Shown here in pieces: positions 39,029 to 49,130 of a DNA stretch of 59,282 nt. How positions within the stretch are numbered: position 1 is the stretch's first letter; every line of letters begins with the position of its first letter. The stretch is from assembly GCA_009843625.1 (NCBI GenBank), contig VYDD01000156.1, positions 2,566-61,847 of the forward strand, read 5' to 3'. The notes under the pieces are model-generated. The model was not told the origin of the DNA. It did not search any database and saw only the letters and a program-made list of their open reading frames with translations. A program made the translations under genes and the position numbers. Source of the DNA: Gammaproteobacteria bacterium (lineage in GTDB: Bacteria > Gemmatimonadota > Gemmatimonadetes > Longimicrobiales > Gaopeijiaceae).

Positions 39029-39055
39029 GACCCCCAGTTTGCCCGACTGGGGGTC
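39029..39055. repeat. GACCCCCAGT-type hairpin repeat, copy e (perfect)
   Basis: gacccccagt-ttgcccg-actgggggtc: a perfect 10-bp stem with a 7-nt loop. Confidence 0.8.
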
Positions 39056-39141
39056 AGTGCGCCCTCAAGGTTTAGTCGGAATCGGACGCGGCTGGATCGT
39101 GGGCGGCGCCGCGTGCACCGTGCATGCCGAGGGAGGATTGC

Positions 39142-41118
39142 ATGAAGGTCTCGACCATTCTCGACCATGTCGACAGCGGCGACATGGCGCTACCCAAGTT
39201 CCAGCGCGGCTACGTCTGGAACCGCGATCAGGTGCGCGGGCTGATGGACTCGCTCTACCGGCGCCACCCGGTCGGGAGCCTGCTGGTCTGGGCCACCCCG
39301 GCCGAGGATGCGAGCCACCGGGGTGACCAGGAGCTCGCGCCGGGCGTCGTGAGGCTGTTGCTGGACGGGCAGCAGCGCATCACCTCGCTCTACGGGATCA
39401 TGCGGGGGGAGCCGCCGGCCTTCTTCGACGGCAACAAGCGGGCTTTCACCGACCTCTACTTCCACATCGGGACCGAGGAGTTCCGGTTCCACCAGCCCCT
39501 ACTCATGCGGGGCGATCCCCTCTGGATCAACGTCTCCGAGCTGATGCAGGCCGGGACCACGGGGCTGGGCCGGCACATCGCGCGGTTCGGCGAACTGGAC
39601 GAGCACGCGGACATGCAGGCCGAGTTCATCGGGCGCCTCACCAAGATCCTCGGCATCAGCGAGATCGACCTCCACGTCGAGGAGGTGACCGGCACCGACA
39701 AGACCATCGAAGTCGTGGTCGACATCTTCAACCGGGTCAACAGCGGCGGCACGAAGCTCTCGCAGGGCGACCTCGCGCTCGCCAAGATCTGCGGCTCGTG
39801 GCCCGAGGGGCGCGAGGACATGCAGTCGATCCTGGCGCGCTGGCGCAAGAACGGCTACGACTTCAACCTCGACTGGCTGCTCCGCAACGTGAACGCGATC
39901 GTGACTGGGGAGGCGCGCTTCTCCCACCTCCACGACGAATCGATGGGCGCCGTTCAGGAGGGCCTGCGCCGCGCCGAGAAGGGCGTGGACTACGCGCTGA
40001 ACCTCATCGCGGGCCGGCTCGGCCTCGACCACGATCGCGTCCTCTTCGGCCGCTACGCGCTGCCGGTGATGTCGCGCTACATCGACCGCCGCGGCGGGCA
40101 TCTGGGGAACGCAGCCGAGCGGGACCGCCTGCTCTACTGGTACTTCCAGAGCGCGATGTGGGGTCGCTTCTCGGGCTCGACGGAGACGGTGCTCGACCAG
40201 GACCTGGACGCGATCGAGGATGTCGACGGCGGCATCGAGCGGCTCATCGAGCAGCTCCGGCTCTGGCACGGCGGCTTGCGTGTCGAGCCAGCGCACTTCA
40301 GGGGGTGGAGCCTCGGAGCACGCTTCTACCCGGTCCTCTACGCCCTCACGCGCGTGGGGGAGGCTCGGGACTGGGGCACAGGCCTTGTGCTCCGACACGC
40401 GTTGCTCGGGCGCATGAACGAACTCGAAGTGCACCACATCTTCCCGAAGGCTCTGCTCTACCGCGCGGACGTCAAGCGCGCCCAGGTCAACGCCGTTGCC
40501 AACTTCTGCTTCCTCACCAAGGACACCAACCTCCAGATCAGCGACCGTCCGCCGGCGGAGTACTTCCGGGAGGTCGAGGCGAAGCATCCCGGCGCGCTCG
40601 CCTCGCAGTGGATCCCGATGGATGAGGAGCTGTGGGAGACCGAGAACTACGCACGCTTCCTGGAGGAACGCCAGCGGCTGCTTGCGGGGGCCGCAAACGC
40701 GCTGCTGGATGAGCTTCTGCACGACGCGCCCGCCGCCGCGGAGGCACCGGCGGCCGCCGTGCCAGAGGCCGCGGCGAGCGAGCCGGCGCCTGTTCCGGGA
40801 GGCATCGAGGACGCCGAGGAGGAGGCCGTCCTCCGCTCAATCAACGATTGGGTGCGGGGACAGGGCCTGCCCGAGGGCCACATCGAACACGAACTTGCGC
40901 ATCCGGAGACGGGCGACCCGCTCGCTATCCTCGACCTAGCATGGCCGGGCGGACTCCAGGAGGGCTACAGCGAGCCGGTCGCGCTGCTGCTCGGGGAGGA
41001 ACAGGAGACACTCCAGATCGCGAACGACCACGGCTTCCGGCACTTCACCGACACCGAAGCGTTCAAGCGCTACGCCGAGGCCGAGGTGCTGGCGCTGGCG
41101 GGAGAAGCCGCCCCGTGA
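39142..41118 (+). CDS. GmrSD-type enzyme (DUF262 ParB-like N-domain plus DUF1524/HNH-like domain) with extra C-terminal region
   Basis: LPKFQRGYVWNRDQVRGLMDSLYRRHPVGSLLVW and LLDGQQRITSL (DUF262), then ELEVHHIFPK...NAVANFCFLTKDTN (His-Me finger). GGGAGG lies 5 nt before ATG 39142. Confidence 0.85.
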   Translation: MKVSTILDHVDSGDMALPKFQRGYVWNRDQVRGLMDSLYRRHPVGSLLVWATPAEDASHRGDQELAPGVVRLLLDGQQRITSLYGIMRGEPPAFFDGNKRAFTDLYFHIGTEEFRFHQPLLMRGDPLWINVSELMQAGTTGLGRHIARFGELDEHADMQAEFIGRLTKILGISEIDLHVEEVTGTDKTIEVVVDIFNRVNSGGTKLSQGDLALAKICGSWPEGREDMQSILARWRKNGYDFNLDWLLRNVNAIVTGEARFSHLHDESMGAVQEGLRRAEKGVDYALNLIAGRLGLDHDRVLFGRYALPVMSRYIDRRGGHLGNAAERDRLLYWYFQSAMWGRFSGSTETVLDQDLDAIEDVDGGIERLIEQLRLWHGGLRVEPAHFRGWSLGARFYPVLYALTRVGEARDWGTGLVLRHALLGRMNELEVHHIFPKALLYRADVKRAQVNAVANFCFLTKDTNLQISDRPPAEYFREVEAKHPGALASQWIPMDEELWETENYARFLEERQRLLAGAANALLDELLHDAPAAAEAPAAAVPEAAASEPAPVPGGIEDAEEEAVLRSINDWVRGQGLPEGHIEHELAHPETGDPLAILDLAWPGGLQEGYSEPVALLLGEEQETLQIANDHGFRHFTDTEAFKRYAEAEVLALAGEAAP

Positions 41119-41598
41119 ACGCGCCCGCGCATACCTAGCGAGTGTCGAGCACTTGGACCGTGACCGGACCACGCTCGTGCGTCGCAGGACGATCCGCTGG
41201 CCAGTCCATGATCCGTGCAGGCCCACTGTCGTGCCCCCGTCCCGGATAGCGCCGCCCGGCGCCGCGCCACGCCGCAGCAGCGAAGTCACGAGGCAAGCCC
41301 GGACCGACTTGGCCACTTCCTAGGAGTTCACGCAGCCCTCGCGCTGGCGGCACGACGCTCGGACAGCATTGGCGTCCATACGTCGTTTCATTCCCCATCT
41401 AGTCTCATCATACGTATTTCATATCGACGCGTTTCGCGCGGCCGGGCATGCTCTCACGCGGGAGCCTGCGGCGACACATCGGCAGCGTGTGGTGCCGGCG
41501 ATCGATGCGTCGAGTCCCGTCGTAACTCCCGGCTCGGGCTTGTGCGATGGGCGAGTGCCGCCCGACCGCGGATGTGCGTGTGTGAAGAATCGACGGCG

Positions 41599-43851
41599 AT
41601 GCCCAGCGACACGTTCCACGCACCGGCGTCGCGCAGCGTGACCGCTGCCCAAGACACGGTCCAGCGCACAGCGATGTCCGGCGCCGAGGAGGCAGTCAAC
41701 TCGGTCACGCACCCGATCATCAATTCACCCTACGAACAGCCCACACGCTATTGGAGGCTCGACCACGAGCACAGAGCGACATCCGAGCAGGTGATCGGTC
41801 GACGGCCGAGCGCGAACCTTCCGGCCGTTCCCACACAGCGATTGGGTGAACAGCTACCCCTCATTCACAACCAGCTCGTGAACGATATCCGCGAAGCCGT
41901 TGGAATCTGGCGTGCGAACGGATACGCGGGAGCGACTGCGAATACGAAGCGGCTGCTCGCTCACTGGACCAACCCGCTCGCGCTACGTCGGCTCTTCTTC
42001 GCCCAAGTCGAGGCACTCGAGACCCTGATCTGGCTGACCGAGATTGCACCGGAGAGCGGCGCTCGCCCGGCCAATGACCTCCTACTCCGCGCGAGCCGAG
42101 CCGGCGGCGATCTCAACGACGGGCTGATGCGGATGGCCGTCAAGATGGCGACGGGTACTGGCAAGACCGCCACGATGGGGATGGTCATCGCCTGGCACGC
42201 GGTGAACGCTGGCGGCGGCCGACGCAATGCCCGTCACACAGGCCGCTACCACACGCAGTTCCTAGCCATCACGCCCGGCCTGACCGTACGTGAGCGACTG
42301 CGTGCCCTCGACCCGGCCGCCCCGAGCAATGTCTACGCGGAGCTCGATCTCGTGCCGGCCGACCTTCGCATGCATCTGGGCCAGGTGCATGTGCGGGCCA
42401 TCAACTTCCAAGCATTCCAGCGCCGTGACGTGCTTGGCCAGAACGTGACCGGCGATACACGGAGGTTGCTTCGCCGGTCCGGCGAGCGCGTCCTCGAGAG
42501 TTCGAGCGCGATGTTGCAGCGAGTGCTACGGGGAATGCCAGCGCTGGCTGGCGCGGGCAAGATCGTAGTGCTCAACGACGAGGCTCACCATTGCTACCTC
42601 CCCGGGGCGGAGCGTGGCCCCAATGCGAAGCCACTCCTCGACGAGAAACCCGACCCTCGGGACGAGCCGGCCGCGCTCTGGTTCAACGCCTTGCGCAGCC
42701 TCCGGGAGGCGGAAGTGCTGGCAGAGCCCATCTACGACTTCTCGGCGACCCCAATCTTCATTAGCACCTCGGCGCGCAAGGACGCGCAGATGTTCCCCTG
42801 GTGCGTCTCAGACTTCAGCCTGCTCGATGCGATCGAGTCCGGCCTGGTCAAGATCCCACGCGTCCCGGTCGAGGATGACAGCGACGCCGATTCCCCTGTC
42901 TGGCGGCGACTGTTCCAGAACACCAATCCGAAGACGCTTCATCGCCACGGACTGCACGGAGCGATCGCGTCGGGGCTCGATGCGCTCTATCGCAACTACG
43001 AGACGATCTACGAGCAGTGGTGCGGCGAGGGCGCCGAGCGACCCATGCCTACGCCGCCCGTATTCATCGCCGTCGCGGGCAACATCGCCAACGCCGAGGC
43101 ACTACACGACTACATGGCCGGCTACGCCGAGAAGGACACGAGTGGCGACACCGCCTATCGCCCCGGCGCCTGCCAGCTCTTCTCGAACGTGCTGCCCGAT
43201 CGGTCTGGCTGGGAGCCGTCGCTCAGGACGCTTCTCGTCCATTCGCAGCTCGACCAGGAAACGACGATTGGCAAGGGCAGCAGGCTTGGCCGTGCGATCT
43301 CCGCGCAGGCGGCGCTGCTTCGCGAGATGGGTGGCAGCTCGCTTGCGGGCATGGACGATCAATCGGTCGTGCGCGAGGCGCTGAACACGATAGGCAGGGT
43401 GGGGAAGCTCGGCGAGCAGATCCGCTGCGTCGTATCGGTATCGATGCTGACTGAGGGCTGGGACGCGAAGTGCACGCACATCCTCGGCTACCGGGCGTTC
43501 TCGACGCAGTTGCTCTGTGAGCAGGTAGTCGGGCGGGCGCTTCGGCGAACGAGCTACGACGTGGGCGAGGACGGGCTGCTCCCACCGGAGTTCGCGGAGG
43601 TTCTCGGAGTCCCGTTCGACTTCCTTCCTCCCGCCACGAGAAGCGTCGCGCCCCAGCCCGAACCGCGGCAGGCCTACGAGGTCAGGACACTGCCCGGCAG
43701 GCGGGAGGTCCGCATTGACTTCCCCTTGGTCGCCTCTTACCGGTTTGCACAGGGATCGGGGAGTCGACGCCTCGATCCAGCCCGAGTCGCGCCCTTCCAG
43801 CTTGAGGACGCCCCGACGATAGCGGTGATGGTGGGCGTGGCCGGGAGATAG
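41599..43851 (+). CDS. res: Type III restriction Res subunit, helicase/ATPase part (ends at an in-frame TAG)
   Basis: IINSPYEQPTRYW N-terminal motif, Walker A MATGTGKTAT, DEAH box VLNDEAHHC and motif VI-like QVVGRALRR. The start is uncertain (ATG 41599 or 41674; the track ORF starts at 41215). Confidence 0.8.
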   Translation: MPSDTFHAPASRSVTAAQDTVQRTAMSGAEEAVNSVTHPIINSPYEQPTRYWRLDHEHRATSEQVIGRRPSANLPAVPTQRLGEQLPLIHNQLVNDIREAVGIWRANGYAGATANTKRLLAHWTNPLALRRLFFAQVEALETLIWLTEIAPESGARPANDLLLRASRAGGDLNDGLMRMAVKMATGTGKTATMGMVIAWHAVNAGGGRRNARHTGRYHTQFLAITPGLTVRERLRALDPAAPSNVYAELDLVPADLRMHLGQVHVRAINFQAFQRRDVLGQNVTGDTRRLLRRSGERVLESSSAMLQRVLRGMPALAGAGKIVVLNDEAHHCYLPGAERGPNAKPLLDEKPDPRDEPAALWFNALRSLREAEVLAEPIYDFSATPIFISTSARKDAQMFPWCVSDFSLLDAIESGLVKIPRVPVEDDSDADSPVWRRLFQNTNPKTLHRHGLHGAIASGLDALYRNYETIYEQWCGEGAERPMPTPPVFIAVAGNIANAEALHDYMAGYAEKDTSGDTAYRPGACQLFSNVLPDRSGWEPSLRTLLVHSQLDQETTIGKGSRLGRAISAQAALLREMGGSSLAGMDDQSVVREALNTIGRVGKLGEQIRCVVSVSMLTEGWDAKCTHILGYRAFSTQLLCEQVVGRALRRTSYDVGEDGLLPPEFAEVLGVPFDFLPPATRSVAPQPEPRQAYEVRTLPGRREVRIDFPLVASYRFAQGSGSRRLDPARVAPFQLEDAPTIAVMVGVAGR

Positions 43852-44709
43852 GTGTTCGTGGGATTTGTTCAGTATCATCTTCGTCGGCAGCGCGTGGAGG
43901 CAGAGATCGCCTCGGCGCTCGTGGCCGTGTGGGAGCGCGAGTTGCATGACGCAGGAGAGCCCGCCCGGCGCATTTTCCTGTTTCGGAACGCTGTCGCCGA
44001 TGTGCGCCGCTGGCTCGACCTGCCCCAGGTTGCCGCGACCGACGGTGGCGACCTCTGGCGGCGACTCGCTACTCCTGAGGCCCGGCGACAGGCAGTCGTC
44101 GCCATCCTCGACGCCTGCGTACCGGGCGCGGGAATGACCGACAGAGTGACGGGCGTCTACGAACACCCCGACCTGCGTTCGACACACGGCACCCTGTACC
44201 ACACGAGCCTCGGCGATCACTATCCGGTGTCGCTGGACGGTTTCACCGAGCGGTCAGAGATCAACATCGCCGCATGCCACTCTGGACTCGAGACGGAGAT
44301 CGCCAAACTCCTCGACACGCACCCCGAGGTGACGGCTTGGGCGCGGAACTACGGGCTGGGATGGACACTGCCCTACCTGCACGACGGTGTATGGAAGCGC
44401 TACGAGCCTGATTTCGTGGCCCGCCTCTTCGGAGGCCGTGCGGCCGACGACGCGGTCTATCTGATGGTCGAGGGGAAGGGGCGGCCCGATGACGAGTCGG
44501 CTGCGAAGCGACTCCACGTGGAGGACTACTGGATTCCGGCCGTGCGCAACAACGACAAGTTCCATCCGTCACTGCGGCGATGGGCGTTCTCGCAGATCCC
44601 GGCGTCGTACGAGGCCTACGAGTCCGACCATGGCTTACTGGCGGTCGATCTCAACGCCGCGATCGACCGCGCGCGGCAGCTGGTACCAGCCGCTGGAGGA
44701 GGTCACTAG
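43852..44709 (+). CDS. res: C-terminal endonuclease part of type III Res, separated from the helicase part by an in-frame stop
   Basis: Same reading frame as 41599..43851, beginning immediately after the TAG at 43849-43851. Contains a PD-(D/E)xK-like YEPDFVARL...YLMVEGKG. Confidence 0.65.
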   Translation: MFVGFVQYHLRRQRVEAEIASALVAVWERELHDAGEPARRIFLFRNAVADVRRWLDLPQVAATDGGDLWRRLATPEARRQAVVAILDACVPGAGMTDRVTGVYEHPDLRSTHGTLYHTSLGDHYPVSLDGFTERSEINIAACHSGLETEIAKLLDTHPEVTAWARNYGLGWTLPYLHDGVWKRYEPDFVARLFGGRAADDAVYLMVEGKGRPDDESAAKRLHVEDYWIPAVRNNDKFHPSLRRWAFSQIPASYEAYESDHGLLAVDLNAAIDRARQLVPAAGGGH

Positions 44710-44711
44710 CC

Positions 44712-47372
44712 ATGCCGACGCGCCGCAGTAGTCAGTCGAGCCAGCAGACCGGGAGCTACACTTACGTTTCGGCCTCGCGCAAGAATCTGCCAACCGAGCA
44801 GACCGAGCCGCTGATGGGTCCTGACGACAAGCGCCCGAGCCCGTTCACGCCGGAGATCCAGGAGTTCGACGAGCAGCCGCGGCTGGCGTGGGCGCGCGGT
44901 CCTCGCCTCGACGACGCCGGCGGGCTCAAGCCACACGACGCGCATCCTCTCTATGTGCGCGAGAAGATTGAGCCGCACCTGTTCGTGAAGCAACTTCAGT
45001 CCGAGCCCGCCGGCACCCAGACCAGCATGTTTGAGGCATTCAATGGGCTCCCTGAGGGGAACGCACTCGACTGGTACAGATACGACGGGAACTGGCAAAA
45101 CCGGTTGATCCACGGTGAAAGCGCTCGCGTGATGGCCTCGCTTGCCGGACGCGAGAATCTCGCCGGTCACGTGCAGATGATCTACTTTGACCCGCCCTAC
45201 GGAATGAGCTACAAGTCGAATTTCCAGGTCGCTGTCGATGACCGCGACACACCCGAGAATCGCAAAGGACTGCCGCCGGACCCGCAGACGATCGCGGCCT
45301 TCCGCGATACGTACGCGCGCGGGGTCCACTCATATCTGGATGGAATCCTCGAGCGATTAGCGCTGTGCCGGGCCCTTCTGGCCGAGACGGGATCGATCTT
45401 TGTGCAGATCGGCGACGAGAACGTGCTGCGGATGGGTCTGCTGCTCGACGAGGTGTTCGGTGCCGAGAACCGCGTCGCGCTGATTCCGTACGCGACAAGT
45501 GGTAGCTCGTCGGCCAACACGCTGCCGAGCGTGGCTGACTTCCTGTTGTGGTACGCCAAAGACAGGGGACAGGTGAAGTACCGTCAGTTGTACGAGTCGC
45601 TCGATCGGGCTGGCAAGATCGAGCACATGAACTGGGACGCGATGGTGGAATTGGCGGACGGGACTACGCGCGGACTGACCGCCGACGAACGCGCTGCCCC
45701 CGACACGCATCTGCCTGATGGAGCTCGCATCTATCGGCGAATGCCGCTCACCTCACCGGGGACATCGACCACGGGACGTTCTGAGCCCTACCACTGGCAG
45801 GGGCAAGACTGGCCATGCGAGGCCGGCCAGCAGTGGCGTGTGTCGAAGGAAGGAATGGACCGGCTGGCTGCGCTGGGTCGTTTGGACGCCGCCGGAGACG
45901 GTTCGCCGCTCCGCTGGAAGCGCTATGAGGACGAGGTGCCGGGGCGGAGGATCCACAATCTCTGGCACAAGCAAATGTCCACGACAGACAAGCGCTATGT
46001 GGTCCAGACCGCCAACAGCGTGATCGAGCGCTGCTTGCTGATGGCCACCGACCCTGGGGATCTCGTCCTCGACCCCACGTGCGGGGGCGCCACAACCGCG
46101 TACGGCGCCGAAAAGTGGGGCCGCCGCTGGATCACGATCGATACGTCGCCGGTCGCGACCGCGATTGCGCGGCAGCGCATCGCCACTGCTACGTTCTCCT
46201 TCTACACGCTCAGGGATTCTCCCGATGGGACGAGAGCAGAAGCCGAACTGTCTGGGCGGGACCCCGTCGACAAGCCGACCGCAGGCTATGGGCACGATCC
46301 GGCGGCAGGGTTTGTGTATCGGCGCGTCCCGTCCGTCAGTGCCGCGTTACTCGCCTATGACCAAGATCCCCCGGCAACCATGCTCGTCGACCAGCCTCAC
46401 GTCACGCGCGGCGTCGTACGTGTCGCCTCGCCGTTCACCGTCGAGAGCGAGACGCCTTGGTCGTACCTCCCATTCGACGACCCTAGAGAAGCGGCATCCG
46501 TCGACGCCGAGCCTGCTCGGGCTGCGCCTGCGGCCGATGGCGACTACGCGGCAACCGTGCTCGAGAACATCTGTGAGTCCCCAATCCGGGGCGGTCGGCA
46601 GGGCAACGACCTCTACGTTACGGATGTGGAGCCATGGCCGGGCTCGAGCAGACTCGTCTCTCACCTGGCGACCTACGTTGCGGACGGTGACGGCTCCGAG
46701 CGGACGGCCGCGTTGATGATCGCGGCGCCCGAGGTGATCGTGAGCCGGGCACTGTTGGCGGCGGCCGCCACCGAGGCCGCGAGGACGGACGGCGGCATGG
46801 ACGACCTGCTACTGCTCGCCGTCGCGTACGACTTCGCTCCTGACTGCGAGGACCGCTACGGGCGCGTCCGCGTGATTCGCGTTAGGCCGCACCGCGACCT
46901 GCAGATCGGCGATCTCAAGCCCGACGCCGCACATCAGGCGTTCGTCATGGTCGGTCAGCCGGAGATCGTCGTGCATGTAGAGCGCTCGAACCCGGAGACC
47001 GGCGTTCCGCGCGTTTCTGTCGAGGTCCTGGGCTACGACACCTACAGTCCGGCAACGGGCACTGTCGAGGCGTCCGTCGGCGCTGCAAGGGTCTCGTGCT
47101 TCTTACTGGACACGGACCATGATTCCATGAACTTCTATGCTCGCCGCATGCACTTTCCGGGCGCGGACGGTGACCGGCAGGTCAACGCGCTCAAGAAGGC
47201 GCTGGGGCGCTCGCTCGACGACGACGAATGGGCGGCCGCGCTCTCGAGTCGTTCCGCGCCGTTCGACCGTCCGGAAGGAGGACTCGTCGCAGCCAAGATC
47301 ATCACCGCCGATGGTGGCGAGATGACGGTCGTGCGGGAGCTCGGGACCAACACGAGACCCAGCGAGGGGTGA
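44712..47372 (+). CDS. mod: Type III Mod-like adenine DNA methyltransferase (beta class)
   Basis: Motif IV IYFDPPYG precedes motif I VLDPTCGGATTAYGAEKWGRRWITID. ATG 44712 lies 2 nt after the upstream stop. Confidence 0.85.
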   Translation: MPTRRSSQSSQQTGSYTYVSASRKNLPTEQTEPLMGPDDKRPSPFTPEIQEFDEQPRLAWARGPRLDDAGGLKPHDAHPLYVREKIEPHLFVKQLQSEPAGTQTSMFEAFNGLPEGNALDWYRYDGNWQNRLIHGESARVMASLAGRENLAGHVQMIYFDPPYGMSYKSNFQVAVDDRDTPENRKGLPPDPQTIAAFRDTYARGVHSYLDGILERLALCRALLAETGSIFVQIGDENVLRMGLLLDEVFGAENRVALIPYATSGSSSANTLPSVADFLLWYAKDRGQVKYRQLYESLDRAGKIEHMNWDAMVELADGTTRGLTADERAAPDTHLPDGARIYRRMPLTSPGTSTTGRSEPYHWQGQDWPCEAGQQWRVSKEGMDRLAALGRLDAAGDGSPLRWKRYEDEVPGRRIHNLWHKQMSTTDKRYVVQTANSVIERCLLMATDPGDLVLDPTCGGATTAYGAEKWGRRWITIDTSPVATAIARQRIATATFSFYTLRDSPDGTRAEAELSGRDPVDKPTAGYGHDPAAGFVYRRVPSVSAALLAYDQDPPATMLVDQPHVTRGVVRVASPFTVESETPWSYLPFDDPREAASVDAEPARAAPAADGDYAATVLENICESPIRGGRQGNDLYVTDVEPWPGSSRLVSHLATYVADGDGSERTAALMIAAPEVIVSRALLAAAATEAARTDGGMDDLLLLAVAYDFAPDCEDRYGRVRVIRVRPHRDLQIGDLKPDAAHQAFVMVGQPEIVVHVERSNPETGVPRVSVEVLGYDTYSPATGTVEASVGAARVSCFLLDTDHDSMNFYARRMHFPGADGDRQVNALKKALGRSLDDDEWAAALSSRSAPFDRPEGGLVAAKIITADGGEMTVVRELGTNTRPSEG

Positions 47373-47729
47373 GGAGAAGCGGTGTCCCATCGCGTCTCGT
47401 CCGCCCACTGCTGTGAGCCCGCCCAGGCTTCACACAACGAGACGGCCGAGAGATTCTCTAGCTGGGCTGTGAAGGCAGGGTGCGGTCGGACTTGCGGGGT
47501 GAGGGGCGCGCCGGCAGGTAGAGAGCTAACTTCGCGCTTCCGCACTGGTGCTTAAGGCCGCTCCCGCTAGGCATGAATCCCTACATTCCACACCGTGTCG
47601 TCCGGACTCATCGCTGATGGCTTGCTAGAGTGGGGCGGCAGCAGCTCAGCTCTGCGTGCCACCCTTGCTTCCGTTCCACGGCTTCCCGTGAAGGAAGCAG
47701 AGCGCGAGTGTGATGGGCCACACTCTGCC

Positions 47730-49130
47730 TCACTGGACGCCCTCTCGCGCGAACGCTGTCAGGATGCGCTGGCTCGGGAAGTCGGACAAGGAAACGAGCT
47801 TGTTCGCCAGGGCGACGGGTATCAGCGCGTTGTCGTACATGCTGCAGCGGAGCTCCCCAATCAATGTCAGGGCCTCATCCAGATGTGGCAGATCGCTGGC
47901 TTCTGGCTCCGCTCTGTAACTTCGACCTGGGATCGTGACAACGTGCATCTCGCCGCCCGGCGCTCGAAACAGGACCTTCTGCCCGTAATATGTGTTCTGA
48001 CCATAAGCCGAACTGGCGACGCCGGGCACGATATGGCGCCGAATGTAGGCATCGCCGACGATCAAGAACGACCCAGGCTGCAGACGGTCCTGGATCTCGG
48101 CAGCATGTTCGACGAAACTACCGCTCTTCTCGAGGCCCGCAAGGCGAAGCGTAGGCCCGGCATCCCCTCCGGGCTCGCTGACTAGGTGCTCCACCAATTC
48201 GCGCATAGGCCGGTACAGCGGCGCCACAAGGCCGAAGAAGGCCAGCGGGCCGTCTTTGATGAAAAAGATATTCCTCATCAGGCTTGGCCTAATCCGCTCA
48301 ATAATGTTGTGAATCACATGCACAAGCACCAGCTGCTCTAGCATCGTCATGACGTAGGCAACGATTCCTCCTGCGCCCATCTCCTCATCGACGCGTTCAT
48401 GGAGTCTGAACACATCGGTAAGGTACACCGGCGCTGCACACTGAGGACACACCTTCTCAGTCGGCTCGCTGAACCGAAAATGCAGCGCGCCGTAGCCGCA
48501 ACCAGAGGGGCAGCGTTCTACTGTCTGACTCCCGTAGTCTTCTTCGGGCCGCCATCGTCTGAACAGAAACCACCGGAGGCTTGTCATGAGAACGTCTCCA
48601 TCGGCACGTTCCCTTGTGAAGAACTCGTATATTGTTCTCCGAATGGTGCCCGAGAGTGACTCCTCATCTTCCTGTCGTATGCCCTTTAATGGGAGCACTA
48701 ACGTGTAGCGCTCAATATTCTTCAAGCGGGCAAGATCCTCTGGTGCGATGAACCTCCTGTCATCCAGTGCACGAAGATCTGCGAGTTCGAACAGCAGCGG
48801 ACCGAATGTGAAGAACGCGATAGAGGCCGACGGATACTCCTCACGCACGTAAGTCTCAGTATACCCACCATCTACTGCGATGATGGCGGTCACCTCTGAT
48901 GTATCTACATCGCCAAGCATACCAAGCCTCGAGTGAAGTGCTTCGGGAGTTGGAGCTGAGGGCATGACACAGCGACTCAAGTAGGATTGCACGTCTGGAT
49001 TCTTGATAATCTCCGCGTGCGCTATTTTGCTGGCGCGTTCGATGGGCTTCCGCCCCTTGGAGCTGTAAGCCACCCGATTAGCCGCCCGCCACAGTGAACC
49101 GGTCGATTTGTACAGGTACTGTGAAGGCAT
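47730..49130 (-). CDS. nurA: NurA-like nuclease with inserted CxxxC...CxxC zinc ribbon
   Basis: IIAVDGGY, FIKDGPL and GLEKSG are NurA-type acidic/catalytic blocks. CPSGC...CPQC lies at 48438-48512. An alternative GTG start at 49073 sits just after the HerA stop. Confidence 0.75.
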   Translation of the reverse strand: MPSQYLYKSTGSLWRAANRVAYSSKGRKPIERASKIAHAEIIKNPDVQSYLSRCVMPSAPTPEALHSRLGMLGDVDTSEVTAIIAVDGGYTETYVREEYPSASIAFFTFGPLLFELADLRALDDRRFIAPEDLARLKNIERYTLVLPLKGIRQEDEESLSGTIRRTIYEFFTRERADGDVLMTSLRWFLFRRWRPEEDYGSQTVERCPSGCGYGALHFRFSEPTEKVCPQCAAPVYLTDVFRLHERVDEEMGAGGIVAYVMTMLEQLVLVHVIHNIIERIRPSLMRNIFFIKDGPLAFFGLVAPLYRPMRELVEHLVSEPGGDAGPTLRLAGLEKSGSFVEHAAEIQDRLQPGSFLIVGDAYIRRHIVPGVASSAYGQNTYYGQKVLFRAPGGEMHVVTIPGRSYRAEPEASDLPHLDEALTLIGELRCSMYDNALIPVALANKLVSLSDFPSQRILTAFAREGVQ

